A program made the translations under genes and the position numbers. This document shows, in pieces, positions 9,230 to 18,686 of a stretch of 64,000 nt of DNA. Origin of the DNA: an uncultured Candidatus Saccharibacteria bacterium (GTDB taxonomy: Bacteria; Patescibacteriota; Minisyncoccia; Phycocordibacterales; JAKAEA01); contig CAYXSG010000001.1 of assembly GCA_964467325.1 (NCBI GenBank), positions 8,953 to 72,952 on the forward strand, written 5' to 3'. A model generated the notes under the pieces. The model saw only the letters and a program-made list of their open reading frames with translations. It searched no databases and was not told where the DNA came from. Position 1 is the stretch's first letter. Every line of letters starts with the position of its first letter.

Positions 9230-11554
9230 TTAGACCACTTCGCAGACGCCGGAGGCGCAGGCGAGTTCTTTTTTGAGTTCGGTTTCGTCTACTTTTTCGT
9301 AAGTGATGATTTTTGAGAAATCAATGTGCGCCATTCTTTTCGCAAGCTCTTCGTAGCGCTTTTCGTCGATGGCTTCGTAAGGTGCGAGTTGGTAGACGTG
9401 GTTGTCGCGAGGCAAGAAGGACAGGCCGCCGACGATTTCCCAGTTGGCGTAAACCCAGTTGGCGACTTCAATCCATTCGCTGTCGCCGACGGAAACGGTC
9501 ACAGAAGGATTGTGTTCGGTGTAATTGACTTTTACCAGTTTCCAATATTCAAGTTGTTTAATGGCCGAAACACTGTCTTTGAAAACGGAATTTACTGGCG
9601 CTTTAACAGGAAATTCTAGAACGTAAGTGTTGGCGCTCTCAGCATTCTGACCGACCTCTGGAAAGTACGGCACGCCTTGATCTTTGAGCATCTTGAAGAG
9701 TGCGTCGGTGGCGGAAATGCGGACGCGGCGAATGTAGAAAGCGGAATTGCGAGCGTGCATGCCGCTGGCGCAGTCCACCATTTGCGAAAGGGTGCCGGAC
9801 GGCTTGACGCAGGTGATGGCTGTGGAAGCGCTAATTCCAAATCGCTTTGCGTATGTCTGGTTTACTTTGATGGATTCTTTTTTGAGTTTCAAAAGCGTTT
9901 CGGCATTTTGCACGGCTGGGCAATCCCACTGGCCGGTGATGGATACGCCGAGTAAGCGTTCAGCGTCGCAGTGCTCTTTCCATTCTTTTGAAAGGTAAGG
10001 GAAATGGGTGAGGCTGGATTGATATGTGCCGAGAATCGTGGCGATGCGGATTTTTCGCAAGAGCGACTTTTCCGTGTCGGTGGAACGTGCTACGACTTCC
10101 GAGAGGTTGCAGAATTGTTTTGATTGCAAAATGATTTCGCCGCAAGGGTTCGTGCCGATTGAACCGATGATGTGCTTGCCTGATGCGTCGAAATAGCCTT
10201 TGTAACCTTTCAAATGGTCAATGCGGCGCTTCGGCAGAGTTTGAGCGAGCGAGCCGCGGTTGAAGATGCCTCGTTCGCCGGCATGGCTTTCAATGAGCGC
10301 CATCCATTCTTTCAAAAATTCTTCGTTGGTCGGCTTGGAAGTGTAAACGGCGGAGTTGTTCGCGAGCGAGCGGTGCGGATGAGTGACATAAAATGCACCT
10401 TGCTTTGAGTCGCGAATGTCCATATCGTCCAAATCGGAAAGGGAAATCATCGCGCTTCGGCGTACGCCGCCGGAAACGACGCAATCGCCAATCATGCAGA
10501 TGATGTCGTGCACGTCAATGTTGCGCAGGCGCTTGCCTTGTCGATTCATCATCGTTTCTCGAGTGAAAGAAAGTAGTCGGCGAAGCGGATCGGGACCGGA
10601 AGACTTGCCGCCCATAGTCTTGAGGCGAGTACCAGCGGCGCGCAATTGTGAAAAATCAAATGCGATATCTTTGCCAGCGGCCCAAGTTTTCATACCGAGC
10701 GTGAGTGCATCGGCCCAGCCTTCTTTTGAGTCAGGAATGACGTGCGTCGGTAATTTTTCCCCAGTTTGAGGGAGAATTTGCGGAAATTTTTGAACGTTTT
10801 GGCTTTCCACCGACCAACCAGCGCCGGTGCCGCACATGGAAATGTACATAATCTCTGCCAAATCTTGAAAACTTTCTGGCGCGATGTATGAGCAGTTGTA
10901 AGCGCAAACATTTGTCGCGCGCGCCGCTTTGCCAGAAAATTGCAAAAGGCGCATGGAAGGCATGGCTTCTTGTTTCAAAATGCCCTGACGCACTTCTTCA
11001 TATTCGGCATCCGTGAGTTTCTTGCCGAGATTTTCTTTCATGAAAGTCATGTAGCGGTCAATGGTTTCAATCCAAGTTTCGCGGCGCGATTCATTTTCAA
11101 TCCAGCGAGAATAGCTTCTATAATAGACAAATTCGCCCAAAGGACTGGCAAAATACTTCTTGCTGTCGGTGGCCAGCTTCTTCACATGCTCCGGCACCTC
11201 AATGCCGCGGGCGCGGAGCTTGGCGCGTTCCTCTCGGTACAAGATGAACGCTTTCGAAGTCTTCACATATTCGCTCAAAATGAGTTCGCGCTCCACGCTG
11301 TCCTGAATGCCTTCAACGGTAGGCACAAAATTTTTGTATTTTTTGGAAATTCTCACCAAATCGGCGAACACTTTGTTGGCCACCATGCTCGCTTCCATGT
11401 CGCTGCCTTCGTTCACAGCAATCATGGCTTTGTGGATGGCGTTTGCAATCCGACTTAGGTCAAAAGGCACAATGGAGCCGTCTCGCTTCTGCACTGTTTT
11501 GATAAAATCCGACGGCTTCGTTGATCGCACCTCAGACTTTTTTGTCGTATTCAT
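9230..11554 (-). CDS. nrdJ: Class II (adenosylcobalamin-dependent) ribonucleotide reductase with N-terminal ATP cone
   Basis: ATP cone VQKRDG...FD..RI; GGVRRSA, TNPCGEI, VKPSGT, C-terminal ACASGVCE. Confidence 0.92.
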   Translation of the reverse strand: MNTTKKSEVRSTKPSDFIKTVQKRDGSIVPFDLSRIANAIHKAMIAVNEGSDMEASMVANKVFADLVRISKKYKNFVPTVEGIQDSVERELILSEYVKTSKAFILYREERAKLRARGIEVPEHVKKLATDSKKYFASPLGEFVYYRSYSRWIENESRRETWIETIDRYMTFMKENLGKKLTDAEYEEVRQGILKQEAMPSMRLLQFSGKAARATNVCAYNCSYIAPESFQDLAEIMYISMCGTGAGWSVESQNVQKFPQILPQTGEKLPTHVIPDSKEGWADALTLGMKTWAAGKDIAFDFSQLRAAGTRLKTMGGKSSGPDPLRRLLSFTRETMMNRQGKRLRNIDVHDIICMIGDCVVSGGVRRSAMISLSDLDDMDIRDSKQGAFYVTHPHRSLANNSAVYTSKPTNEEFLKEWMALIESHAGERGIFNRGSLAQTLPKRRIDHLKGYKGYFDASGKHIIGSIGTNPCGEIILQSKQFCNLSEVVARSTDTEKSLLRKIRIATILGTYQSSLTHFPYLSKEWKEHCDAERLLGVSITGQWDCPAVQNAETLLKLKKESIKVNQTYAKRFGISASTAITCVKPSGTLSQMVDCASGMHARNSAFYIRRVRISATDALFKMLKDQGVPYFPEVGQNAESANTYVLEFPVKAPVNSVFKDSVSAIKQLEYWKLVKVNYTEHNPSVTVSVGDSEWIEVANWVYANWEIVGGLSFLPRDNHVYQLAPYEAIDEKRYEELAKRMAHIDFSKIITYEKVDETELKKELACASGVCEVV

Positions 11555-11686
11555 ACGGAGAAAATAAAAAAATTATTTATTAAAATTAAAATAAAACTGC
11601 TTACGTATTTTACTGCACATGCGACATTGATTGCAAGCGCAAAACTACTTGCGCTTTTAAAAAAAACAAGTCATACTCAGATTCTC

Positions 11687-12223
11687 ATGAAAAATCGTTC
11701 GCAAATCGTGCTCGCCGTCATTTTTATCGTCCTTGGCGTCTCGGTGCGCTTCGCGCCGCACGTTTGGAACTTCGCGCCGGTGGCCGCCATCGCTTTGGCC
11801 GCTTCGGCTTACCTCGGTCTCGCTTATTCCGTAGCGATTATTTTTGCCATCATGATTTTGAGCGATATTTCGCTCGGTTTTTACGAATGGCAAATCATGC
11901 TTGCGGTTTACGCCAGCTTTTTGGCGAGCGCGCTCATCGGTTTGGCGCTTCGGAAAAATAAAACCGTGCTGAAAATCGCGGGTGCTAGCATTGCTTCGTC
12001 CTTGGTTTTCTTTTTTGCAACCAATTTCGCTGTATGGCAATTTTCCGGCATGTATTCTAACACTTTCGCCGGTTTAGAAGCGTGTTTCATCGCCGCGTTG
12101 CCGTTTTTCCGCGGCACGTTCTTCGGTGACCTCTTCTTCTCGGCTTTTTTCTTTACTGTTTTTGAATTTGCACTGCGTTTCGTGTCATCTCAATCTTCCA
12201 AAAAAATTTCTGTTACCTATTGA
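11687..12223 (+). CDS. DUF6580 family putative transporter (S-component/BtuM-like)
   Basis: R..PH.WNFAPVAA; SD..LGFY; FF..TNFAVW; C...ALPFF..T..GDL. Confidence 0.75.
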   Translation: MKNRSQIVLAVIFIVLGVSVRFAPHVWNFAPVAAIALAASAYLGLAYSVAIIFAIMILSDISLGFYEWQIMLAVYASFLASALIGLALRKNKTVLKIAGASIASSLVFFFATNFAVWQFSGMYSNTFAGLEACFIAALPFFRGTFFGDLFFSAFFFTVFEFALRFVSSQSSKKISVTY

Positions 12224-12248
12224 CTTAAAAACCTATCTATGTTATTGT
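12220..12248 (+). promoter_or_regulatory. Sigma70-type promoter of PEP-CTERM gene 2
   Basis: TTGACT-17-TATTGT with extended TG. Confidence 0.6.
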
Positions 12249-12315
12249 GGTGTGAGAACGGTCATTTTGACCGCGTAATATAAAGGTTTCTCAACTCTCT
12301 AACAAGGAGCTTCAA

Positions 12316-12984
12316 ATGAAGCGATTGGTTTTGATTGTGGCGATTTTGTTGTTGTCTCGAGTGGCTGATGCTTCGCTGGTTGTCGGTTCCATTTCTGACA
12401 AGCCCGATGAGTTTGGTCATCTGCAGAACATTCTGCAAGTTGACTTTCCGTCTGGCGGATCGGCAACAGCATCCTACTGGATGGATTCGGGAAATCCAGG
12501 ATTTGCCGGCGTTCAAATGAAAACGCCACACTGGATTGATAGTGTGACCAGCGTCATTATGCCGAATGACTTCCCGATAAATTCGGATTCCGACCTTTAC
12601 GATTTCAAGACGGTCATTACTGGTCGTGAAGTGCCTGCATCTGGCTCTGGACTTGGCGCGAGTGTAACGCCGAGTTTGCAAGATGATGCTGCGTTTCTCG
12701 TCGGACGTGTGTCTCTAGAACACTACAATGATGTATACGGCATTCGCGATTATGCGGATAGCCATATATACGTGGCTCCGGACTCTGTCGTCGGCGCTCG
12801 GCTGACTTACGAGGGGGAATTGGGAGCGGACAGACTTGGCTTTGTGATAACTTACGATTTGGTTTTCTCAGCCGATTCGGGGTTTGTTACAGAGCCGGTG
12901 ATGCTCGGAACGGTTCCGGAGCCAACCTCAATGGGAATTATCGGTATCGGCACTATCGGACTTCTTTTCCGCCGCCGACGATAA
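12316..12984 (+). CDS. PEP-CTERM sorting domain protein
   Basis: Signal peptide (ADA), C-terminal VPEPTS-TM-RRRR; SD AAGGAG. Confidence 0.9.
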   Translation: MKRLVLIVAILLLSRVADASLVVGSISDKPDEFGHLQNILQVDFPSGGSATASYWMDSGNPGFAGVQMKTPHWIDSVTSVIMPNDFPINSDSDLYDFKTVITGREVPASGSGLGASVTPSLQDDAAFLVGRVSLEHYNDVYGIRDYADSHIYVAPDSVVGARLTYEGELGADRLGFVITYDLVFSADSGFVTEPVMLGTVPEPTSMGIIGIGTIGLLFRRRR

Positions 12985-13014
12985 CTTGCGTTCTTTCTCG
13001 AAAACAGAAATCTC

Positions 13015-13045
13015 AGGCCTCACTGCATCAGCGGTGAGGCCTTTT
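13015..13045 (+). terminator. Intrinsic terminator of PEP-CTERM gene 2
   Basis: AGGCCTCACTGC-ATCA-GCGGTGAGGCCT plus T tract. Confidence 0.8.
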
Positions 13046-13049
13046 CATT

Positions 13050-13967
13050 TTAATTTGAGAATGAAAATGTGGAACTAATCTGATTGAAGAAGTTTAATCC
13101 TCTTTGACTGTCTTCAAAGCTGTTTTCTGGGGTCACCGTAACTATTCTATATTCAAACCCATTGTGTACCAGCACGTTGTAATAAAAGGACTGATTTTGT
13201 CCTTGCACAGCTGTGCCTACTGATAAAAATAAAGCCTTATCGCCACCAACAGTCACATCTTTGATTGTGAGTTGCTTCTGAAGATTCTGGCGTATGGTTT
13301 CAAATGACTCGCCAGCATGAAGAGGTCTAACTGTTACAGCTCCAAGAGTTTTTCCATCCGGACTATATGCCTCTACCGCTTTCACGGTGCCAAAAGTATC
13401 AACTGTGCTGTCGTATGCTTGTTTTGAACCCTCCGGAAAAGTTATTTCAAAGCCGTATTTTTGATCTGTCCAATTCAGACTGGTGGCGGTTTCAATTCCG
13501 TATTTTTGAGATACGATTTGAGAATTAATAACCGTTTTAAAAACCGAAACACTAAAGTAACCAATCACAATGACAGCAATAAGACTCATTAGAAACACCA
13601 ACTGAACCACCAGCTTTAAATATTCACCGCTTAGAAAATTCCGCTTTAAATAGGCTAGAAGAGTTATTCCTGCCAAAATGAGGAAAATTATCAGGGCACC
13701 AATACTAAAATTAAACGGTAAAGACAATAAATCTAGTGCACAAATTAAAACAAACAACGGCAATATCCATTTTTTAATAGTAAACCAGCCATAACCGGCA
13801 ACAATCGTCATGCAGAAAACCCCTAGCGGCAAAATAACAATCCATAAAGGATAGGCTGAACGTATAGAAGGAACAAAAAACCAAATGCAAATTACAAGAG
13901 CAAGAAAAGAAAAAATAAAGTAGATAATACCAAGAAACTTCCAAAATAAACGCAAGGATTTAGGCAT
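13050..13967 (-). CDS. Membrane protein with C-terminal PsbP-like domain
   Basis: 5 TM helices then WTDQKYGFEITFP...STFSF. Confidence 0.7.
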   Translation of the reverse strand: MPKSLRLFWKFLGIIYFIFSFLALVICIWFFVPSIRSAYPLWIVILPLGVFCMTIVAGYGWFTIKKWILPLFVLICALDLLSLPFNFSIGALIIFLILAGITLLAYLKRNFLSGEYLKLVVQLVFLMSLIAVIVIGYFSVSVFKTVINSQIVSQKYGIETATSLNWTDQKYGFEITFPEGSKQAYDSTVDTFGTVKAVEAYSPDGKTLGAVTVRPLHAGESFETIRQNLQKQLTIKDVTVGGDKALFLSVGTAVQGQNQSFYYNVLVHNGFEYRIVTVTPENSFEDSQRGLNFFNQISSTFSFSN

Positions 13968-14005
13968 GAAATTATGTTAGATGATAATGTTTCTATTATA
14001 CAGCA

Positions 14006-14248
14006 CTAATTGGTAGTATAAAATTCCTTGTCAGCTAAATCAGCACCAAAAGAAATTTCAAAATCTTTAATAATTCCTCTTAAGGTGCCTTTTTTCAGCT
14101 CTTTGTGTAAAGGTATTGTGATGTGGCGACTGTCACCGTCAATTTTAATTCTCACGTGACTGCCGACAGTTCTTAAAACTTCACAGCCGTACTTTTCAAA
14201 AATTCTGACGACTTCTTTACCGGACAAAACCTTGAGCCTGTGCGGCAT
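14006..14248 (-). CDS. hicA: HicA family toxin
   Basis: SGKEVVR...GSH...TIPLH.ELKKGTL..I. Confidence 0.92.
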   Translation of the reverse strand: MPHRLKVLSGKEVVRIFEKYGCEVLRTVGSHVRIKIDGDSRHITIPLHKELKKGTLRGIIKDFEISFGADLADKEFYTTN

Positions 14249-14259
14249 GGGATTTTAAT

Positions 14260-14481
14260 TTAAGCAAAGCTTGGAATTTCAAAATTGGCCAAGATGGGCA
14301 AGTTGGTATGGTTTTTTGAGGCAGAAATGCCAAAATGGCAATCAACGGCTTCTCGGATGTTTCGCATAGTTTCGTCAATTGTTTCGCCTTGAGTGTAAAT
14401 GGAAGCGCCAATGGCTTCAGCGTAATAGCCGCCTTCTTCTGCTTCTCGGATGACAAATTGGAGTAAGTTCGGCTTTTTCAT
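14260..14481 (-). CDS. hicB: HicB family antitoxin (short, no DNA-binding domain)
   Basis: EEGGYYA...TQGETIDE...NIREAV; upstream of hicA; promoter TTGCAT-17-TAAAAT at 14491-14519. Confidence 0.9.
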   Translation of the reverse strand: MKKPNLLQFVIREAEEGGYYAEAIGASIYTQGETIDETMRNIREAVDCHFGISASKNHTNLPILANFEIPSFA

Positions 14482-14526
14482 AACGCAGATATTTTACCAC
14501 TGTTTTATGGCTTATGCAATCGTAAT

Positions 14527-15213
14527 TTACGACGGATCCGGTCGAGCAATATCAAGAGTATAGCCGCGGCCGGGGATGGTGTGAAGAAGCTTTTTCTTAT
14601 TAGCAATGTCGATTTTTCGGCGCAGATTTAAAATGTGCGCTTCAACGGTGTTGGAAAACGGATCGCTGTCGGCGTTCCAAACGTGTTCCATAATCGTGCC
14701 GCGCGAGAGCACAAGGCCGCGGTGGCGCATGAGGTATTCCAGCAAGGCAAATTCTTTGCGGGTCAGGTAAATATTTTTCTTGCAGCGCGTCACCCTTTGC
14801 TTCACGAGATCAAGCTTCAGATCGTCCAGCTCAAACGTGTTTGATTCCAGCGTTTTCGGCCGGCGCATGAGCGCGCGGATTCGGGCTAGCAGTTCTTGGA
14901 AGACGAACGGCTTGGTGAGATAGTCATCGGCACCGGTGTTGAGCAAATCCACTTTTGATTCAAAGGTGGAACGCATGGTGAGCATGATAATTGGTGTGTT
15001 TTTGCCGGCTTTGCGGATTTCGGCGCAAATCGTTTTGCCGTCTTTCTTCGGCAGCATGAAATCCAAGATAATGAGATCATATTCGTTAGTTCTGGCCAAA
15101 TATGAGCCTTTTTCGCCATCGCCAGCAATATCCACACTGAAAGTCTCTTCCTCAAGATTGGTCTTCAGAATTTTTTGAACCTCTTCATCATCTTCAACAG
15201 CGAGAATGCGCAT
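14527..15213 (-). CDS. OmpR/PhoB family response regulator (no kinase adjacent)
   Basis: VEDD, DLIILDFMLP, GADDYLTKPF, winged helix LTRKEF...HTIPGRGY. Confidence 0.95.
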   Translation of the reverse strand: MRILAVEDDEEVQKILKTNLEEETFSVDIAGDGEKGSYLARTNEYDLIILDFMLPKKDGKTICAEIRKAGKNTPIIMLTMRSTFESKVDLLNTGADDYLTKPFVFQELLARIRALMRRPKTLESNTFELDDLKLDLVKQRVTRCKKNIYLTRKEFALLEYLMRHRGLVLSRGTIMEHVWNADSDPFSNTVEAHILNLRRKIDIANKKKLLHTIPGRGYTLDIARPDPS

Positions 15214-15278
15214 ATGAGTGTGAATTAAGGATTAATTGACGCCATTATACATGCGAGAAAAGAAAGTCAAAGGCAAAG

Positions 15279-15309
15279 TGTGAATTGGTCTTCAGAAAGA
15301 TTTTATCAC
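15279..15309. repeat. 31-bp imperfect inverted-repeat site, copy 1
   Basis: TGTGAATTGGTCTTCAGAAAGATTTTATCAC; 27/31 identical to 38168-38198. Confidence 0.7.
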
Positions 15310-15342
15310 CCAGATCTTGTGCTATAGTATAATTTAAGCCAA

Positions 15343-15762
15343 ATGATTTCCCGATTCTCTTTCCACATAAAGAAAAAAGCCGATGAAGACGTGAATTTCT
15401 GGATTCTTCTGTCTTTTTTGCCCACTTTCATTCTTTCCAGACTGCTTGTCTATAATATGCCCTGGCTGTTTCTCAACATCAGAGGAGTGCATATCCACCA
15501 TTTCACTTACGGCATTTTCATTCTGGCAGTTTCGGGATTGCTCGCGCAGAACGTTAAAGATTATAAATGGAAAAGTCTCACGGCGTTTTTGTACGGGGCG
15601 GGTTTGGCGTTGGCTTTTGACGAATACGGCATGTGGATTCGCCTGCAAGACAATTACTGGGTTCGTCAGTCATACGACGCGGTGATTATTGTTTTTGCCA
15701 TTCTTGTAAATATTATTTACTTGTCTATTTTCTGGAAAAAGCTGTTCAGTAAAGTGCTTTGA
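15343..15762 (+). CDS. Conserved membrane protein (HIHH motif)
   Basis: G.HIHHF.YG...G.GLAL.FDE. Confidence 0.8.
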   Translation: MISRFSFHIKKKADEDVNFWILLSFLPTFILSRLLVYNMPWLFLNIRGVHIHHFTYGIFILAVSGLLAQNVKDYKWKSLTAFLYGAGLALAFDEYGMWIRLQDNYWVRQSYDAVIIVFAILVNIIYLSIFWKKLFSKVL

Positions 15763-15796
15763 TTTTAAGCGGTTTTGCGGTAAGATAGCTTCCAAC

Positions 15797-16435
15797 ATGA
15801 CCCTCGTCAAGAATATGGTGGCTGGAGCGCTAGCTAGCATAATGGTATTTTTTGGCGCGGGCTTTTTTCATTCTGGCAATGGGACGCCGAGTCCAAGCGT
15901 GGCGCCGGCGAGCAAGGTGAAATCGGCGGTGGACAGTCGCAATCCGGACACCGAGCTTGAAACGAAAGTGCCGCCGAAGCAAATTAAAATTAATCCGAAC
16001 GTGCAAATTGTGGTGGCGCTCGACGGCGCTTATGAAGCGGCACTTGAAGCGATTCATGGCAACGCCGATAATTTTTTTGAAAATCCGCGCACTTCGTCGC
16101 CGAGCTTGGTTTTTTCTTCAACTTCCACTTTGGAAATTAGTCTTGAATCCGGCCGAGCGGAAGTGGAGACCAGGCTCATTTCCATGGGCGACTCGATCAA
16201 AACTCTTGGCACAACCAGTTCTTCTGACGATGTTGCTTCGGCGCTGACTGAAGCCAAGCTTGATTTGGGTGAGATTAATCTTTTCATGGACAACCTTTCT
16301 TTTTCTATTAACGCGCTTACGTCAATCCAGTCTGTCCCAACTTCAACTCTCGTGGAATGGAAATCCGGTCTCGCCAAATCTAAAAATAATTTAAATAAAG
16401 CGGTTTCGGCGGTGCTTGCTAGCGAATTAAAATAA
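15797..16435 (+). CDS. Secreted/membrane-anchored hypothetical protein
   Basis: N-terminal hydrophobic segment, helical body. Confidence 0.7.
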   Translation: MTLVKNMVAGALASIMVFFGAGFFHSGNGTPSPSVAPASKVKSAVDSRNPDTELETKVPPKQIKINPNVQIVVALDGAYEAALEAIHGNADNFFENPRTSSPSLVFSSTSTLEISLESGRAEVETRLISMGDSIKTLGTTSSSDDVASALTEAKLDLGEINLFMDNLSFSINALTSIQSVPTSTLVEWKSGLAKSKNNLNKAVSAVLASELK

Positions 16436-16439
16436 TTTT

Positions 16440-17198
16440 GTGAAAAAAGACACTTCTTGGGGCAGGGTGGCGCAGTGGTACGGCGAGCATGTCTCGGGCG
16501 AAGAAAGCTATCATCAGAAAGTGATTTTGCCGAATTTACTTCGGCTTATGGAGATTAAATCTGACACGAGCGTGCTCGACCTCGCGTGCGGCAGCGGCTT
16601 TTTCACGGAAGAATTTCGGAAAGCCGGCGCGACGGCGCGGGGTTTGGATATTTCGCCCGAGCTCATCGCGCTCGCCAAAAAGCAGTATTCGCTCGGCGCG
16701 CAGTTTGCCGTCGCACCGGCCCACGCTTTTCCGGAAGTGAAAGCCGAAAGTGTTGATTTGGTGACTTTAATTTTGGCGATTCAAAACATTCGCGAAGTCA
16801 AAGAAACGCTCGCCGAATGTTCCCGCGTGCTCAAAAAAACCGGCAAAATGTTCATTGTGATGAATCATCCGGCGTTTCGGATTCCGGGCGGCTCGGCTTG
16901 GGGTTGGGACGAAAAAGCGGGGAAACAATACCGTCGCATTGACCAATACCTTTCCGAAAAAACCGTGCCGATTGCCATGCATCCGGGCGCCAAGCCGGAC
17001 GAAAAAACCGTTTCTTTCCACCGACCACTTCAGTTTTATATGAAGCTGCTGCGCGGCGCCGGCTTTGCCGCGACTCGCATTGAAGAATGGATTTCCCATA
17101 AAGAAAGCGAAAAAGGCCCGCGTCAAAAAGAAGAAGATCGGATGAGAAAAGAAATTCCGTTGTTCATGGCTTTGGAATTTGTTAAAATTAACTCATAA
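16440..17198 (+). CDS. Class I SAM-dependent methyltransferase
   Basis: VLDLACGSG, GLDIS, RVLK..G, NHP.F. Confidence 0.9.
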   Translation: MKKDTSWGRVAQWYGEHVSGEESYHQKVILPNLLRLMEIKSDTSVLDLACGSGFFTEEFRKAGATARGLDISPELIALAKKQYSLGAQFAVAPAHAFPEVKAESVDLVTLILAIQNIREVKETLAECSRVLKKTGKMFIVMNHPAFRIPGGSAWGWDEKAGKQYRRIDQYLSEKTVPIAMHPGAKPDEKTVSFHRPLQFYMKLLRGAGFAATRIEEWISHKESEKGPRQKEEDRMRKEIPLFMALEFVKINS

Positions 17199-17202
17199 AA
17201 TT

Positions 17203-17469
17203 ATGCAACCCCACTTTGTGTGTTCTGAATGTGGTTTTTCTTCCAAGCTCATCAGGACTTGTCAGAACGAGTCTTGCCTAAAACAAGGCGAACCGATGCA
17301 AGAATGCCTTTGCGAAGACGGCCGGCACGCACTCATTCTGAAAAATTCTGCGGGTGAAGATGGCGAAGCAAAAGAAAATTCGGAAAATGGCGAAAATTTT
17401 GATGAAGAATCCGAAACCAAAAATTCTTCAAGCAAATTCATTGATTTGGACAACGAAGAACAGGAGTAG
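17203..17469 (+). CDS. Small Cys-rich (zinc-binding?) protein with acidic tail
   Basis: CxxC...CxxxxC...CxCxDGxH. Confidence 0.7.
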   Translation: MQPHFVCSECGFSSKLIRTCQNESCLKQGEPMQECLCEDGRHALILKNSAGEDGEAKENSENGENFDEESETKNSSSKFIDLDNEEQE

Positions 17470-17474
17470 GAAAA

Positions 17475-18629
17475 TTAAAACCGAGCTTTATAGGTGGCGC
17501 TTACGCCCACCAAAAGACAAAGGGAAGTTAAGATGAAAAGCGTCGTGACTGGCAGCGCTGGCACGATGACGCTGCCAAGAAGTGGGGTAATGATGTAGGC
17601 CGCAGGCACAGAGAGGCGGAAAAGGCCGATGAAGCTCGCGTCTTTGTCGGTAATTCGCCGGAAGAATGCCGCTTCACTTCCAACTTCCACGAAACTAGCG
17701 CCGATGCGGGACAAAAACAGCAGTGCGGCCCACAAAAATACGCTTGGCACTTGCGTGTAAGCCATGCAAAGTAGTGAAGCGCTCATGATTAGGAAACCGG
17801 CCATGATGATATTTTTTTCGTCGTGAAAACGGTTGAAAAGTTTGCCGAGCGGCGCTTCAAACAGCACGAACGGCAAAAGCATTATCGTGTAAATGAGGCC
17901 GATAGATTCCCAGCTTAGGCCGATGGTGTTGTGAAGATACGGCGCCATGAAAATGACCATGAGGACGTAAAAGCATTGGAGCAGGAAATTTAAAAAGAAA
18001 ATCACGGAAAGAAATTTTCGGCCCAAAAACATTTTCACGTTTCGGAAAGATTCCGTTTCGCGGTAGCGCACCGGCTCAACGTTTTTAAATACGTCAAAAA
18101 CCAAAAGCCATAAAATGCCTAGAAATAAAGTTGAAACCAGATAAACGCTGCTGAAAGAAATTTTCTCAATCATGAAGCCAACGGTGAGCGGCGCGAAGAC
18201 GAAAGCGAGATTCATGAAAGTCAGATAGTAAGCGCGAGTTTTTTCTGTGTCTTTCACTGTTACTAAAATGCCTTCTAGGAAAATGTCCAAGCCGAAAAGA
18301 ATCAAGGGCGGTAGCGCTTGGTGGGCGAGAAAAGCGATTTTGATAATTGTTGGATTGTGCGAAAAGGCGAGCGTGAGCAGGGTACCAATTTCCAAAATGA
18401 TTCCCGAAAGCACAAGGCGCCAATTGCCGAAGCGTTTTAGAAATCTGCCACTCACAATCAAACAAAAAGCGGTGATGATGGCGCCGGCCACGTATAAATT
18501 ACTGATAGTTTGGCTATCAAAATACTGTCCGAGAAACGAAGAGTTTATATAAATCGTGAAAGCGTACTGAAGCGAAAGCAAAAGCGCCGCGATATAAATG
18601 AACCGATATCTCGGCTTGTGAAAGTTCAT
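17475..18629 (-). CDS. MFS transporter
   Basis: About 12 TM helices; PLGKL...; SRIGASFVE. Confidence 0.85.
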   Translation of the reverse strand: MNFHKPRYRFIYIAALLLSLQYAFTIYINSSFLGQYFDSQTISNLYVAGAIITAFCLIVSGRFLKRFGNWRLVLSGIILEIGTLLTLAFSHNPTIIKIAFLAHQALPPLILFGLDIFLEGILVTVKDTEKTRAYYLTFMNLAFVFAPLTVGFMIEKISFSSVYLVSTLFLGILWLLVFDVFKNVEPVRYRETESFRNVKMFLGRKFLSVIFFLNFLLQCFYVLMVIFMAPYLHNTIGLSWESIGLIYTIMLLPFVLFEAPLGKLFNRFHDEKNIIMAGFLIMSASLLCMAYTQVPSVFLWAALLFLSRIGASFVEVGSEAAFFRRITDKDASFIGLFRLSVPAAYIITPLLGSVIVPALPVTTLFILTSLCLLVGVSATYKARF

Positions 18630-18686
18630 GCGCCTATTATACCAACCAAAGCGCGAAAGCTGGTGTTGATAAAATAAAGAAATAAA

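Noticed and set aside
11555-11686. Cobalamin riboswitch or NrdR box between nrdJ and DUF6580
   Set aside because: Short AT-rich spacer with no B12-box or NrdR palindrome visible
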